Below, one piece after another: positions 9,836 to 21,414 of a stretch of DNA of 64,000 nt. The notes beneath the pieces are model-generated. The model searched no databases and was not told where the DNA came from. It saw nothing but the letters and a program-made list of their open reading frames with translations. The position numbers and the translations under genes are program-made. Source of the DNA: Candidatus Saccharimonadota bacterium (GTDB lineage: Bacteria > Patescibacteriota > Saccharimonadia > Saccharimonadales > JAXHMH01); NCBI GenBank assembly GCA_034521515.1, contig JAXHMH010000004.1, forward strand, positions 64,485-128,484, given 5' to 3'. How positions within the stretch are numbered: position 1 is the stretch's first letter; each line of letters begins with the position of its first letter.

Positions 9836-12800
9836 ATGGCGAATAGCGCTAAGACCAAGCAAACCAAGAATAAAAATAACCGAATATTTTATAACGATGT
9901 TGACGACATACTGGACATGCCTAATCTGGTTGACCATCAAAGCAAATCATTCCAGTGGTTCGTACAAGAAGGCCTAGGTGAATTACTCGCTGAAGTTAGC
10001 CCGATTGACGATTATACAAACACCAAGTTATCACTAAATTTTAAAGATTATCGTTTTGAACCGCCAAAAATGAGCGAGACCGAGGCGCGGGAAAACAATG
10101 TCAGTTTTGAAGCACCACTTAAAGCAACGGTCGAACTAACAAATAAAGTTACCGGAGAGGTGAAAAACCAAGAGATTTATTTAGGTGACTTCCCCTGGAT
10201 GACAGAGCGCGGTACATTTGTAATTAACGGTTCTGAACGCGTCGTAGTTAGTCAGCTTATCCGTTCTGCCGGTGTTTTCTTCACAGGTGATTTGCACGGT
10301 ACGACCAATTTATACGGTGCTAAAGTAATTCCAGGACGCGGGGCTTGGCTGGAGTTTGAAACTGCCCCAAATGGTGCATTGTTTGTAAAAATTGACCGAA
10401 AACGCAAGATTGCCGTTACGACACTACTGAGAGCACTCGGTGTGACAGAAGCTCAGTTGCGTGACGCCGTTAAACACGTTGATACCGGTAAACTTAACTA
10501 TATTGATGCCACTCTTGAGAAAGATCCGTCCCGTGGATCAAACGAGGCGCTCATTGAAGTGTATCGTCGTCTACGCCCCGGTGACTTGGCAACGGTAGAA
10601 AACGCTCGCAGTCTGCTGGAAAACATGTTCTATAACTTCAAGCGGTTTGATTTCAGTCGTGTTGGCCGTTACAAAATCAATAAACGACTTGATCTTGATC
10701 TGCCCAATACAATCGAAAACCGTATTATGCGGGTCGAAGATTTATTGGCAATTATCGCCGAGATTATCCGCTTAAATAACACCCAAGATCCATCTGACGA
10801 TATCGATTCGTTGGCTAATCGACGCGTTAAACTTGTCGGCGAACTTGTTCAACGACAATTCAGGATTGGTCTGTTGCGTATGGAACGTAACACCAAAGAT
10901 CGTATGTCGATGAGTGAAATTGAAACCGTAACGCCGGCACAGCTAATCAACGCCCGTCCGGTGGTAGCGGCGGTTCGTGAGTTCTTTGCGAGTTCACAGC
11001 TAAGTCAGTTCATGGATCAGATTAACCCACTTTCAGAGCTTGCTCATAAACGTCGTTTGAGTTCAATGGGTCCTGGTGGGCTTTCTCGTGAACGTGCCGG
11101 TTTTGAGGTACGTGATGCACATGCTACGCACTACGGCCGAATTTGTGCCGTTGAGACTCCAGAAGGTGCTAACATCGGTTTGGTATTAAACCTAGCATCT
11201 TATGCTCGCATTAATGATTATGGGTTTATTGAGACACCGTATCGTAAAGTTATAAACGCAGTGACGGCTAAAGACGCTGTCGGGCACATTGCCAGTGTTG
11301 ACCTAGAAGACGACAAGGGCAAAGTCATCGTCAAGAAAGACGCAAAAATTAGCGAAACTGATGCTAAGAAACTAGCAGCTATAAAGACACGTACGACTTG
11401 GCCGGTAAAATCAAAAGTTACAGACGAAGTGGTTTATCTTGATGCTGCTGCAGAAAAACAGGCAACAATTGCCAGCGCCGGTGAAGAACTAGATGAGCAT
11501 AACTACTTCAAAAACAACCGTGTTAGTGTTCGAACCCACTTAATCGCTGGTGAGGTTGACGCTGAGGAGGTTACACACGTTGATGCATCACGGCGTCAAA
11601 TCATTGGCTCCAGTGCCGGATTGATTCCATTCATTGAGAAAAACTATGTGTATAGAAGTCTTATGGGCAGCAACCAGCAACGTCAGGCGGTGCCATTAAT
11701 CCGGCCAACCGCACCAATTGTTGGAACTGGTCTGGAATCACGCGTAGCTCACAACAGCGGTCAACTTGTGGTTGCAAAAGATGATGGAGAAGTTATTAAA
11801 GCTACCGGTTCGGAAGTTGTCGTTAAATATAAAGACGGTAATGTTAGCTACGTTCCACAGCATTTCATTCGCAGCAACGAAGGCAGCAGCATCAACCAAA
11901 AGGTTGTTGTTTATAGTGGAGATAAGGTTAAAGCTGGTGATCCGCTTATCGAGGGAATGTCAGTTGCTGAAGGTGAACTAGCTCTTGGTAAAGATTTGAT
12001 GGTAGCGTTTATGCCGTGGCAAGGCTACAACTTTGAAGATGCAATTGTTATTTCGAGGCGGTTGGTCGAAGACGACACTTTAACCTCGGTACATATTGTG
12101 GACTTTATGGTTGAAGTCCGCGAAACCAAGCTCGGCCCTGAAATTGTCACCCGCGATATCCCAAATGTTAGCGAGGACGCGTTGCGACACCTTGATGATG
12201 ACGGCATTGTTCGGATAGGTGCGGAAGTTCACCCGGGCGATATACTAGTCGGTAAGATTACACCTAAAGGTGAGCAAGAGTTAAGTAGCGAAGAGCGCCT
12301 CCTGCGAGCAATTTTCGGCGAAAAAGCCAAAGAAGTTCGTGACACATCGCAACGGATGAGCAACGGCAAACACGGAAAAGTTGTTGGCGTTAAAGTGTTT
12401 TCGCGAGCTAACGGCCATGAGCTAAAAGCCGGTGTGATCATGCAAATACAAGTGTTTGTCGCTCAGATGCGTAAGATTTCTGTCGGTGATAAGCTCGGAG
12501 GTCGTCACGGTAACAAAGGCGTGATTGCGAAGATTCTCCCAGTTGAAGATATGCCGTTTACCGAAGATGGAACGCCAGTCGATATCGTCTTAAACCCACT
12601 CGGTGTGCCGTCTCGTATGAATATCGGACAGCTTTTTGAGACACATCTCGGGATGGCTGCTCATAAGCTTGGTTTGAAAGTAGCCAGTCCGGCCTTTGAC
12701 GGTGTTTCAACCAAGAAAATTCAAGAACTGCTTAAAGAAGCTGGATTGCCTGAAGATGGCAAACAACAACTGTATGACGGTCGGAACGGGCAAGCTTTCA

Positions 12801-13417
12801 AAGAACGAACTACTGTTGGCGCGATGTATACCATTAAGCTCAATCACATGATTGCCGATAAAATTCATGCACGCTCAACTGGTCCATACACTATGGTGAC
12901 GCAACAGCCGTTGGGCGGTAAAGCTCAGAACGGCGGTCAACGGTTCGGCGAAATGGAGGTATGGGCACTAGAAGCGTATGGTGCAAGCAATACACTGCAA
13001 GAAATGCTGACAATAAAATCAGACGACGTCTACGGACGCAGTAAGGCATACGAATCGATCATTAAAGGTACAGAAATTGTCGGACCAAAAGTACCAGAGA
13101 GCTTCAATGTGCTTGTAAAAGAATTGCAAGGTCTAGGTTTGAAAGTTGACTTGATTGATTCGGACAATCTGGTTGATGCCGAAAAAGTCTTGTCTGAAAG
13201 CATCAAAGACGAAGCTGCGCATCAAGCTGAAGTTGCAGTACCTGACCCCGAAGTGTCGGATGTTGATGTTACAGAAGATGCAGCAGCAGATGAGTATACG
13301 GTTATGGAGTTGGATGATGATATTCCGACCACCGCGACTGTTTCATCGACTGACGATGAAGATCAAGCAAGCGAAGATACAACAAGTGCACAAAACGATG
13401 ATAAGGAGAACAATTAA
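9836..13417 (+). CDS. rpoB: DNA-directed RNA polymerase subunit beta
   Basis: 1193 aa; GDKLGGRHGNKGV and other beta-subunit blocks; acidic C-terminal tail; TAATG overlap with rpoC. Confidence 0.97.
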   Translation: MANSAKTKQTKNKNNRIFYNDVDDILDMPNLVDHQSKSFQWFVQEGLGELLAEVSPIDDYTNTKLSLNFKDYRFEPPKMSETEARENNVSFEAPLKATVELTNKVTGEVKNQEIYLGDFPWMTERGTFVINGSERVVVSQLIRSAGVFFTGDLHGTTNLYGAKVIPGRGAWLEFETAPNGALFVKIDRKRKIAVTTLLRALGVTEAQLRDAVKHVDTGKLNYIDATLEKDPSRGSNEALIEVYRRLRPGDLATVENARSLLENMFYNFKRFDFSRVGRYKINKRLDLDLPNTIENRIMRVEDLLAIIAEIIRLNNTQDPSDDIDSLANRRVKLVGELVQRQFRIGLLRMERNTKDRMSMSEIETVTPAQLINARPVVAAVREFFASSQLSQFMDQINPLSELAHKRRLSSMGPGGLSRERAGFEVRDAHATHYGRICAVETPEGANIGLVLNLASYARINDYGFIETPYRKVINAVTAKDAVGHIASVDLEDDKGKVIVKKDAKISETDAKKLAAIKTRTTWPVKSKVTDEVVYLDAAAEKQATIASAGEELDEHNYFKNNRVSVRTHLIAGEVDAEEVTHVDASRRQIIGSSAGLIPFIEKNYVYRSLMGSNQQRQAVPLIRPTAPIVGTGLESRVAHNSGQLVVAKDDGEVIKATGSEVVVKYKDGNVSYVPQHFIRSNEGSSINQKVVVYSGDKVKAGDPLIEGMSVAEGELALGKDLMVAFMPWQGYNFEDAIVISRRLVEDDTLTSVHIVDFMVEVRETKLGPEIVTRDIPNVSEDALRHLDDDGIVRIGAEVHPGDILVGKITPKGEQELSSEERLLRAIFGEKAKEVRDTSQRMSNGKHGKVVGVKVFSRANGHELKAGVIMQIQVFVAQMRKISVGDKLGGRHGNKGVIAKILPVEDMPFTEDGTPVDIVLNPLGVPSRMNIGQLFETHLGMAAHKLGLKVASPAFDGVSTKKIQELLKEAGLPEDGKQQLYDGRNGQAFKERTTVGAMYTIKLNHMIADKIHARSTGPYTMVTQQPLGGKAQNGGQRFGEMEVWALEAYGASNTLQEMLTIKSDDVYGRSKAYESIIKGTEIVGPKVPESFNVLVKELQGLGLKVDLIDSDNLVDAEKVLSESIKDEAAHQAEVAVPDPEVSDVDVTEDAAADEYTVMELDDDIPTTATVSSTDDEDQASEDTTSAQNDDKENN

Positions 13418-16400
13418 TGCGCGGCTATAACACAGGAAACAATATTGCAGATTTTGATGCCGTCCGGCTGGCTGTGGCTAGTTCACAGGATATTCTTGAG
13501 TGGAGCTACGGTGAAGTTGCCAAGCCAGAAACAATTAATTATCGTACACAAAAACCTGAACGCGATGGACTATTTTGCGAACGGATATTTGGCCCGGTTA
13601 AAGATATTAATCCACACGACGCCAAGTATAAAGGTGTTAGATCACGAGAAGCCGCAGTTGACAAAAAAGGTGAAATTGTTACCAAAAGTATTGTCCGCCG
13701 TGAGCGAATGGGGCATATAAATCTCGCTGCACCGGTTACCCATATTTGGTTTTTGCGTGGTGCACCGTCGGCAATCGGCCTGCTGCTTGGCATGACTGTC
13801 AAAAATCTCGAGCGAGTCACCTATTTTGCGAGTTATATCGTAAAGTCGGTCGATATCGAAAAACGAGACCAGCTTTTGGCAGATAAAGAAGCTGAATTTG
13901 CCGCGGCGCAAGAAGCCATAAAATCACGCTATGAGAATGAAGCAAAAGCTGAAGATGCTAATGTCAAAGCTCTCGCTGAGATGCAGACCAAAGAAATTGA
14001 AGAAATTACTGAAGAGTTTGAAGAGTTCAGGTCTCAAGTAAACAGTCTGGTTAAGATGAACTTAATAAGTGAAGCTGATTATCGGGCACTTCCTGATGAA
14101 CTGGCGGAAGTCGTCACAGTTGGTATGGGTGGAGCCGCCCTAAAAGATCTGCTGGAAGACATTGATCTTGATCAGCTTATTCAAGACTTGCAAGCCGAGT
14201 CAGAAGAGGCAAAAGGTCAACGTAAGAAAAAGCTAATGAAACGGCTTCGTTTACTTGAGAATATGCAAAACGCCAATATCAAACCTTCAAGTATGTGCGT
14301 TTCTGTGTTGCCGGTTATTCCTCCGGATTTGCGGCCAATGGTGCAACTAACTGGTGGACGATTTGCAACCAGTGATTTGAATGATTTGTACCGCCGTGTA
14401 ATTAATCGAAATAATCGTCTGAAAAAACTAATCGAATTAAATGCTCCAGAAGTAATTCGCCGTAACGAACAGCGCATGTTGCAAGAAGCAGTTGATGCGC
14501 TGATTGACAACAATAATGCCCGGTCAGGTCGGGCGGTGGCAGCTACTGGGCAAAGACGACGCCTTAAATCACTTAGTGACATGCTTAAAGGTAAGCAGGG
14601 TCGTTTCCGTCAGAACTTGCTAGGTAAACGAGTTGATTACTCGGGTCGTTCTGTCATTGTCGCCGGTCCCGAGCTTAAGATTAATGAGTGCGGTCTGCCA
14701 AAAATGATGGCACTAGAGTTGTTTAAGCCGTTTGTGATAGGCAACTTAATAGCAAATGAGCACGCGCATAATATTCGATCTGCAACCCGTATGATTGAAA
14801 CTAACGAAACTGCTGTATGGGACGCACTTGATGAGGTGATCCACGGTAAATACGTATTACTTAACCGTGCTCCTTCATTGCACAGACTTTCGGTTCAAAC
14901 CTTCCAGCCACGACTAATTGAAGGCAAAGCCATCCAATTACATCCGCTTGTCTGTAAAGGTTTCAATGCCGACTTTGATGGCGATCAAATGGCAGTACAT
15001 CTACCACTTTCGGACGAAGCTCAGGCAGAAGCTAGAAACATAATGGTGAGCAGCAAAAACTTGTTAAAACCAGCCGACGGCTCTCCGGTACTTCATATAG
15101 AACAAGATATTGTGCTTGGTTGCTACTACTTAACCTATCAGCACGGTGACATAGCCAGTAAAGTGTTTGACTTCACTGACGTAGCTGAAGCGTTAATGGC
15201 GTATGATCTAAACAATATTAGTCTACAAAGCAATGTGCGGATTCCGTTCAGAGGTGAACTACGTGAGACTACGTTAGGACGGATTTTGTTCAACGAAATT
15301 TTTCCTGAAGATTTCCCATACCTCAATGAAGCAATGACCAAAAAACGAATTACGGCCACTATGGCGTTAGTTTACCAGATGTATGGTCAATCTAAGACAG
15401 CTGAAATTGCTGATGACCTAAAAGATATTGGCCTGGAATTCGCTACACACTCTGGTCTTAGCATGGGCTTGTCCGACTTTACAGATATTAAGGGTTTGGA
15501 CAAGATTATGAAGGATGGAGAGGATAAAGCTACTTTAATTAGCGATCAGTTTGACCAAGGGTTTATCACCGATGAGGAACGATACCGATTAACGGTTGAT
15601 AACTGGATGAAAACTGATACAAACGTTCAGTCGGTGCTTAGCGAGCAGTTTACTAACGAGAACAGCGCTATGTCAGTGGCCGTTGTTTCTGGTGCTCGCG
15701 GTAATATCGGCCAGGTTAAAACAGCGGTAGGTATGCTCGGTGTCACAACCGATGCAAGCGGCCGTGCAATCGAACTTCCAATCCGTTCTAACTACAAGAC
15801 TGGCTTGACTCCGCTAGAGTACTTTACGGCCACGCGAGGTGCACGTAAAGGTATGATTGACACCGCACTGAAAACCGCCGACTCTGGGTATTTGACTCGT
15901 CGGTTGGTTGATGTATCTCAAGATGTCTTTACCATTGATGAAGATTGCGATGACCCAGGATTTCCGCTCTATCGAAGCGACGCTAAAGAAATCGGTATTT
16001 CGTATGCGCAACGACTAACCGGTCGATATGCGGCTGAAAACATTGCAAAATATGTTAAAGCAGGTGAGCTGATTACTGAAGACGTGGCTGTCGAAATTGA
16101 GAAAGATGAAAGCCTTGATTGTATCCGTATAATGAGCGTTCTTTCATGTACCAACGTACGTGGCGTATCGCAGAAATCGTACGGCATTGATCCAGCAACA
16201 GGACAGTTGGTTAGTATCGCGCATCCAATTGGAGTAATTGCGGCACAAAGTATCGGTGAACCTGGTACGCAGTTGACACTTAAAACTTTCCACTCTGGTG
16301 GTGTGGCCGGTGAGGACATTACCACTGGTCTGCCCCGAGTTGAGGAGTTGTTTGAAGTTCGAACGCCAAAAGGTCATGCATTCCTTTCTGAAATTACCGG

Positions 16401-17244
16401 CGTTGTGAGCACCTGGGAAGAAGGTGAGCGCTACATAGTACAAGTTGCAGCGGATGATAAAGATAAAGTCGAGCTGAAAATTGACCAAAGAAATGTTCAG
16501 ATCGCTGAAGGTAATGAGGTAGTAAATGGTGACGTACTTGCTGCAAACGAAGACGGCTCGGATCCTTTAATCGCCCCCGTAGCCGGTAAAGTGCACCTCA
16601 CCAAGAAGCTAATTTCTATTTCTCCGAACAGTAAAAGTATTGTGCGTTATGAAATACCTGGTTTCAAACAGATCGTTGTCAAAGATGGCGACAAAGTGGA
16701 GGCTGGGCAGCGGCTCACAAACGGATCGATTAATCTGCATGAGTTGATGAAGCTTAAAGGTGTCGAAGCCACTCAGCGCTATATAATGAATGAAGTCTTA
16801 CGTATATTTGCATCACAAGGTCAGAACATTTCTGATAAGCACCTTGAAGTGATTGTCAGACAGATGTTTAGCAGAGTTCAAATAGACGAAACAGGCGATA
16901 GCGAATTTGTAACCGGCGATACAGTTAGCAAGCTTTCGGTTGTAGAGACAAACGAACGACTAGCTGCTGAAGGTAAGAAACCAGTTAAGTATGTACAATT
17001 GTTGCTTGGTATAACCAAGGCGTCGTTGAGTACTGACTCGTTCTTAAGTGCTGCAAGCTTCCAAGATACTACTAGAGTTCTGATTGGTGCTGCAACCAGT
17101 GGTCGAGTCGATCACTTGTACGGACTTAAAGAAAACGTCATACTTGGTCGACGAATCCCGGTAGGTACTGGTTACTTGCCAGACGTCGATGGCGATGGTT
17201 TTACTGATACCGACGTACTCGATGAAGGAAACGACGAAGCTTGA
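13417..17244 (+). CDS. rpoC: DNA-directed RNA polymerase subunit beta'
   Basis: 1275 aa; catalytic NADFDGDQMAVH motif. Confidence 0.97.
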   Translation: MRGYNTGNNIADFDAVRLAVASSQDILEWSYGEVAKPETINYRTQKPERDGLFCERIFGPVKDINPHDAKYKGVRSREAAVDKKGEIVTKSIVRRERMGHINLAAPVTHIWFLRGAPSAIGLLLGMTVKNLERVTYFASYIVKSVDIEKRDQLLADKEAEFAAAQEAIKSRYENEAKAEDANVKALAEMQTKEIEEITEEFEEFRSQVNSLVKMNLISEADYRALPDELAEVVTVGMGGAALKDLLEDIDLDQLIQDLQAESEEAKGQRKKKLMKRLRLLENMQNANIKPSSMCVSVLPVIPPDLRPMVQLTGGRFATSDLNDLYRRVINRNNRLKKLIELNAPEVIRRNEQRMLQEAVDALIDNNNARSGRAVAATGQRRRLKSLSDMLKGKQGRFRQNLLGKRVDYSGRSVIVAGPELKINECGLPKMMALELFKPFVIGNLIANEHAHNIRSATRMIETNETAVWDALDEVIHGKYVLLNRAPSLHRLSVQTFQPRLIEGKAIQLHPLVCKGFNADFDGDQMAVHLPLSDEAQAEARNIMVSSKNLLKPADGSPVLHIEQDIVLGCYYLTYQHGDIASKVFDFTDVAEALMAYDLNNISLQSNVRIPFRGELRETTLGRILFNEIFPEDFPYLNEAMTKKRITATMALVYQMYGQSKTAEIADDLKDIGLEFATHSGLSMGLSDFTDIKGLDKIMKDGEDKATLISDQFDQGFITDEERYRLTVDNWMKTDTNVQSVLSEQFTNENSAMSVAVVSGARGNIGQVKTAVGMLGVTTDASGRAIELPIRSNYKTGLTPLEYFTATRGARKGMIDTALKTADSGYLTRRLVDVSQDVFTIDEDCDDPGFPLYRSDAKEIGISYAQRLTGRYAAENIAKYVKAGELITEDVAVEIEKDESLDCIRIMSVLSCTNVRGVSQKSYGIDPATGQLVSIAHPIGVIAAQSIGEPGTQLTLKTFHSGGVAGEDITTGLPRVEELFEVRTPKGHAFLSEITGVVSTWEEGERYIVQVAADDKDKVELKIDQRNVQIAEGNEVVNGDVLAANEDGSDPLIAPVAGKVHLTKKLISISPNSKSIVRYEIPGFKQIVVKDGDKVEAGQRLTNGSINLHELMKLKGVEATQRYIMNEVLRIFASQGQNISDKHLEVIVRQMFSRVQIDETGDSEFVTGDTVSKLSVVETNERLAAEGKKPVKYVQLLLGITKASLSTDSFLSAASFQDTTRVLIGAATSGRVDHLYGLKENVILGRRIPVGTGYLPDVDGDGFTDTDVLDEGNDEA

Positions 17245-17347
17245 TTTCTGTAGTCCAATCTGTTAAAGTTAACTAAACAATATAAGTGTCCTGAGCCGTG
17301 TGTCGGCATTCACATGCTGCAGAAGGATGCAACACTAAGGAGAATAA

Positions 17348-17761
17348 ATGCCAACAGTCAATCAATTAGTGCGCAAGCCGCGCAAGAAGGTGACGACTAA
17401 GTCAAAGTCACCGGCATTGCAGCGCATTACTAACAATCTTAAGAATAAGAACTACGAAAAACCATCACCGTTTAAGCGTGGTGTTTGCGTTAAAGTTACT
17501 ACCAAAACTCCGAAAAAACCTAACTCTGCACTCCGTAAAGTCGCTCGCGTTCGATTGCAAAACGGCCATGAGGTATGGGCTTATATCGGAGGTGAGGGTC
17601 ATAATCTACAAGAACACGCCGTAGTATTAATTCGTGGGGGTCGTGTAAAAGACCTTCCAGGTGTACGCTACCATGTGGTTCGTGGCAGTCTTGATCTTCA
17701 AGGAGTTTCTAACCGAAAACAAGGCCGTTCCAAGTACGGCACCAAAAAGGAGACCAAATAG
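17348..17761 (+). CDS. rpsL: 30S ribosomal protein S12
   Basis: [12 protein letters not shown]..., [13 protein letters not shown]. Confidence 0.96.
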   Translation: MPTVNQLVRKPRKKVTTKSKSPALQRITNNLKNKNYEKPSPFKRGVCVKVTTKTPKKPNSALRKVARVRLQNGHEVWAYIGGEGHNLQEHAVVLIRGGRVKDLPGVRYHVVRGSLDLQGVSNRKQGRSKYGTKKETK

Positions 17762-17864
17762 ATGAACTATCTGCAAACTTCAAACTTCAAACTTCAAACT
17801 TCAGAGAAGAACCATATTTCAAATACTCAAACTTTGAACTTTAAGCGACCCGAAGGAGCGTGCC

Positions 17865-18341
17865 ATGCCGCGTAAAGTTACTGCATCATTAGTTCGTGAT
17901 ATTAAGCCGGATCGTTTGTATAACAGCGTGATGGTGCAGCGCTTAATTAATCGCGTTATGTTAAACGGAAAAAAGCAGCTTGCTGAGCGTTTGGTGTACG
18001 ATGGCATGCAAAAAGCGGCTGATAAGCTGAAGGTTCAAAATCCACTAGAAGTGTTTGATACAGCCATGAAAAACATCCGCCCAAGTGTTGAGACTCGTTC
18101 TCGGCGGGTTGGTGGTGCAAACTACCAAATTCCGTTTGAGGTAAAAGGCCAACGTCAAAACCACCTGACCATAATGTGGTTTGTCACGGCCGCACGAGCT
18201 CGTAAGGGTATGAGTATGGCTGACCGGATCGCACTTGAGCTAATCGATGCCTATAACGGCACCGGTAATGCGGTCAAGAAGCGTGAAGACACCCACAAGA
18301 TGGCAGAAGCTAATAGGGCCTTCGCTCACTTCGCAAGGTAA
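17865..18341 (+). CDS. rpsG: 30S ribosomal protein S7
   Basis: 158 aa, uS7 family, str-operon position, SD GAAGGAG upstream. Confidence 0.95.
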   Translation: MPRKVTASLVRDIKPDRLYNSVMVQRLINRVMLNGKKQLAERLVYDGMQKAADKLKVQNPLEVFDTAMKNIRPSVETRSRRVGGANYQIPFEVKGQRQNHLTIMWFVTAARARKGMSMADRIALELIDAYNGTGNAVKKREDTHKMAEANRAFAHFAR

Positions 18342-18479
18342 GATAGCTTATGCAGATGGCGCACTTTGAATTTTTCCACTCCAGTACTCATTCACGGTAC
18401 AATTTACGTACCGTTTCTTGCGTGCTTCGAGGAGAAAATCCAAACTGCATCCATCTGCAAAACCTATCAGGGGGTAGAG

Positions 18480-18782
18480 ATGTCTGAGTCTCTTGTCGCT
18501 ACACCTGAACTCTCCTGTTTAGAAAGACCTTGTGCAGTTCTAGAAGCGTACGATAATCACGTTCGTGCTATTAACAGGGGCACCTATCATTGGTCGGATA
18601 GGGAAAGCCATTTTACAGAAATAGAAGAAACAGAGCGGGTTCTAAATGACGCTTTTGTTATTTCGGCAGGGACACGCTGTATCGAGCGGTTGCATGATGG
18701 TGAAGCCCATGTTTTTAATAAAGAGAAAGTAATATGCCCAGTTCTTGCCAAAAGAGCTGGCGTTAAAATTGAGGAATATTAG
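18480..18782 (+). CDS. hypothetical protein inserted between rpsG and fusA
   Basis: The ORF is open 18366-18782; best start is ATG 18480 (GGGGG 8 nt upstream); stop TAG 18780-82 abuts the fusA ATG; no recognisable motif. Confidence 0.4.
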   Translation: MSESLVATPELSCLERPCAVLEAYDNHVRAINRGTYHWSDRESHFTEIEETERVLNDAFVISAGTRCIERLHDGEAHVFNKEKVICPVLAKRAGVKIEEY

Positions 18783-20864
18783 ATGGCACAGAAGAAATAT
18801 GAAATGGGTAAGATCAGAAACATCGGTATTATTGCACATATCGATGCTGGTAAGACAACTACAACCGAAGGTATTTTATACCGCACGGGTTTAAAGCATA
18901 AGATTGGTGCTGTTCACGAAGGTGAAACCACGACTGATTGGATGGCTCAAGAACGCGAGCGCGGTATTACCATCGTGTCTGCTGCGGTTACCTGTTACTG
19001 GAAAGATCACCAGATTAACATTATTGATACACCGGGTCATATTGACTTTACGGTTGAGGTAGAGCGGTCACTTCGTGTACTCGACGGTGCCGTAGTAGTA
19101 TTTGACGGTAAAATGGGCGTAGAATCTCAGTCCGAAACTGTCTGGCGCCAAGCTGATAAATACAATGTGCCACGAATCTGTTTGATAAATAAGATCAACC
19201 AAACCGGTGGAGATTTTTATAAATCACTAGAATCCATCCATAATCGCCTAAGCAAACGAGCTTTCCCAGTGCACTTACCAATTGGGTTTGAGCAGAGTAT
19301 TAACGGCGTAATTGATCTTGTCAGTATGAAGACTTATAGCTACAAGGATTTTACTGACAAAAACCTTACAGAAGGTGACATACCTGAAGACATGCTTGAT
19401 CAAGCTAAAAAAGCTCGTAGTTTGTTAATCGAAAATGCTGTTGCTGAAGACGAAACTTTGTTAGAGCGATATTTTGAGGTTGGTGAAGACGGTTTGAGCG
19501 AAGAAGAAATCAACCACGCGATCCGAGCAGCTACACTATCTGGTAATTTCTTCCCAGTAACTGGCGGTGATGCTCGCGGCGTTATCGTTGAAAAGATCCT
19601 TAATATGGTAAATGACTATTTACCTAGTCCACCGGATCGTGGTGCTGTGTGGGGTACTCACCCAAAAACTGGCGATAAAGATGAGCGCCAGCCTTCTGAG
19701 AGCCAGCCAATGTCTGGTTTAGCGTTTAAGATTGCCACCGATTCGTTTGTTGGAAAGTTAGCCTACTTCCGTGTTTACTCAGGAAAACTTATCGCTGGTA
19801 GTTATGTTTTGAATTCGTCGACTGGCAACAAAGAACGTGTTGGGCGGATAGTTCGCATGCAGGCAGACAAGCGTGAAGAGGTTGATGAAGCTGGTGCGGG
19901 TGATATTGCCGCCATTGTTGGTCTAAAAGGCACAACCACCGGTAATACATTGTGCGATCCGGGTAGCCCGATTATCCTAGAAAGTATTAACTTCCCTGAA
20001 CCGCCAGTTTCTATCGCGATTGAACCAAAGACCAAATCTGACCAAGAAAAAATGAGTATAGCCTTGCAACGGCTCGCAGAAGAAGACCCAACCTTCCGCG
20101 TGAGTGTTGATGATGAAACCGGCCAGACAATTATTTCTGGTATGGGTGAGTTACACCTGGAAATCCTGGTTGATAGAATGAAACGCGAATTTAAGGTAGA
20201 AGCCAATATTGGCGCTCCGCAAGTTGCATACCGTGAAACAATCCGTAAAGACGCTGTAGAGGCTGAAGGTAAGTTTATTCGCCAATCGGGTGGTCGTGGT
20301 CAGTATGGGCACGTCTGGCTCCGTCTTTCTCAAAACGAACAAGGAGCCGGATTCGAGTTCATTAATTCAATCAAGGGTGGTGTTGTACCGGCTGAGTACA
20401 TTAAACCGGTTGAAGAGGGCATAAAAGAAGCTATGAACAATGGTGTCGTGGCTGGGTATCCAGTAGTTGACGTTAAAGTTGAACTGTATGACGGTAGCTA
20501 CCATGATGTTGATTCATCTGAAATGGCCTTTAAAGCGGCCGGTTCTATCGGCTTCAAAGAAGGCATGAAACATGCCAAACCAACACTGCTAGAGCCAGTT
20601 ATGAAGGTCGTGGTTGTTACTCCGGAAGAATTCATGGGTGACGTGATTGGTGACCTTAACTCCAAGCGTGGTCGAATCGAATCCATGGAAGATTTGCAGG
20701 CCGGTGTTAAGGAAATAACTGCGTTTGTCCCGCTCGCAGAAATGTTTGGTTACACCACTAATTTACGCTCCAGTACTCAAGGACGGGCTAGTTCAAGCAT
20801 GGAGCTCGATCACTACGCCGATGTCCCTGGCCATGTTGCTGAAGCCATCCAGGCTAAAAAATAG
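18783..20864 (+). CDS. fusA: elongation factor G
   Basis: 693 aa; [25 protein letters not shown]-domain motifs. Confidence 0.97.
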   Translation: MAQKKYEMGKIRNIGIIAHIDAGKTTTTEGILYRTGLKHKIGAVHEGETTTDWMAQERERGITIVSAAVTCYWKDHQINIIDTPGHIDFTVEVERSLRVLDGAVVVFDGKMGVESQSETVWRQADKYNVPRICLINKINQTGGDFYKSLESIHNRLSKRAFPVHLPIGFEQSINGVIDLVSMKTYSYKDFTDKNLTEGDIPEDMLDQAKKARSLLIENAVAEDETLLERYFEVGEDGLSEEEINHAIRAATLSGNFFPVTGGDARGVIVEKILNMVNDYLPSPPDRGAVWGTHPKTGDKDERQPSESQPMSGLAFKIATDSFVGKLAYFRVYSGKLIAGSYVLNSSTGNKERVGRIVRMQADKREEVDEAGAGDIAAIVGLKGTTTGNTLCDPGSPIILESINFPEPPVSIAIEPKTKSDQEKMSIALQRLAEEDPTFRVSVDDETGQTIISGMGELHLEILVDRMKREFKVEANIGAPQVAYRETIRKDAVEAEGKFIRQSGGRGQYGHVWLRLSQNEQGAGFEFINSIKGGVVPAEYIKPVEEGIKEAMNNGVVAGYPVVDVKVELYDGSYHDVDSSEMAFKAAGSIGFKEGMKHAKPTLLEPVMKVVVVTPEEFMGDVIGDLNSKRGRIESMEDLQAGVKEITAFVPLAEMFGYTTNLRSSTQGRASSSMELDHYADVPGHVAEAIQAKK

Positions 20865-20867
20865 ACC

Positions 20868-21095
20868 ATGAAAGCTACTATGCACCCATCCGGGTCACCT
20901 GAAAATAATCCAAGCAACGAGGATTTAGAAGTTCGTGACCCTGATTTAGGTAGAATTGCAAAAACTATGCTGGTGGGATTTGCTGCCATGGCTATTGTTG
21001 TCGGAGGCTGGAAAGTAGTCAGTGATGACGAGAACTGCCCAACAAACATCGATACTGCTGCAGAGAACTGTGAAGCCGTACCGACTGGTGAATAG
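20868..21095 (+). CDS. small hypothetical membrane protein
   Basis: 75 aa; starts 3 nt after the fusA stop; one hydrophobic helix MLVGFAAMAIVVGGW. Confidence 0.4.
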   Translation: MKATMHPSGSPENNPSNEDLEVRDPDLGRIAKTMLVGFAAMAIVVGGWKVVSDDENCPTNIDTAAENCEAVPTGE

Positions 21096-21132
21096 TTGCA
21101 CCTAGCTCAAAAAAATGCATTAATGTAGATTA

Positions 21133-21387
21133 ATGGACTCAAAAATACAGGACAAAGAGTCGTTCAGAGAAGCTTACTGGAGTTACGCAAATTCGCACGT
21201 CGAACGCTTTAATAAGCATAGCGAAAGAAACGATATACTCAGAAAACCGTTTATGGTTGGCCGCTTCATAGTAGGTGTATCCAGTTCATTATTTCATGCG
21301 TCTTGGCAAACTATATCTGATTCTTTCCAAGAAGCTGAGCCAGAAACACAGCACGTAAGTGAAGATGAAGAAATCTCAGATGTATAG
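21133..21387 (+). CDS. small hypothetical protein
   Basis: 84-aa ORF between fusA and tuf; acidic C-terminus; no family recognised. Confidence 0.3.
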   Translation: MDSKIQDKESFREAYWSYANSHVERFNKHSERNDILRKPFMVGRFIVGVSSSLFHASWQTISDSFQEAEPETQHVSEDEEISDV

Positions 21388-21414
21388 TGCTGTGAAAGTT
21401 TGCTCACAACAGGG

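Noticed and set aside
9683-9977. Overlapping ORFs 9683..9940 (-) and 9693..9977 (+) upstream of and into rpoB
   Set aside because: They are mutually antisense and low-complexity, they overlap the rpoB start, and neither has an SD. The region is treated as an rpoB leader/promoter.
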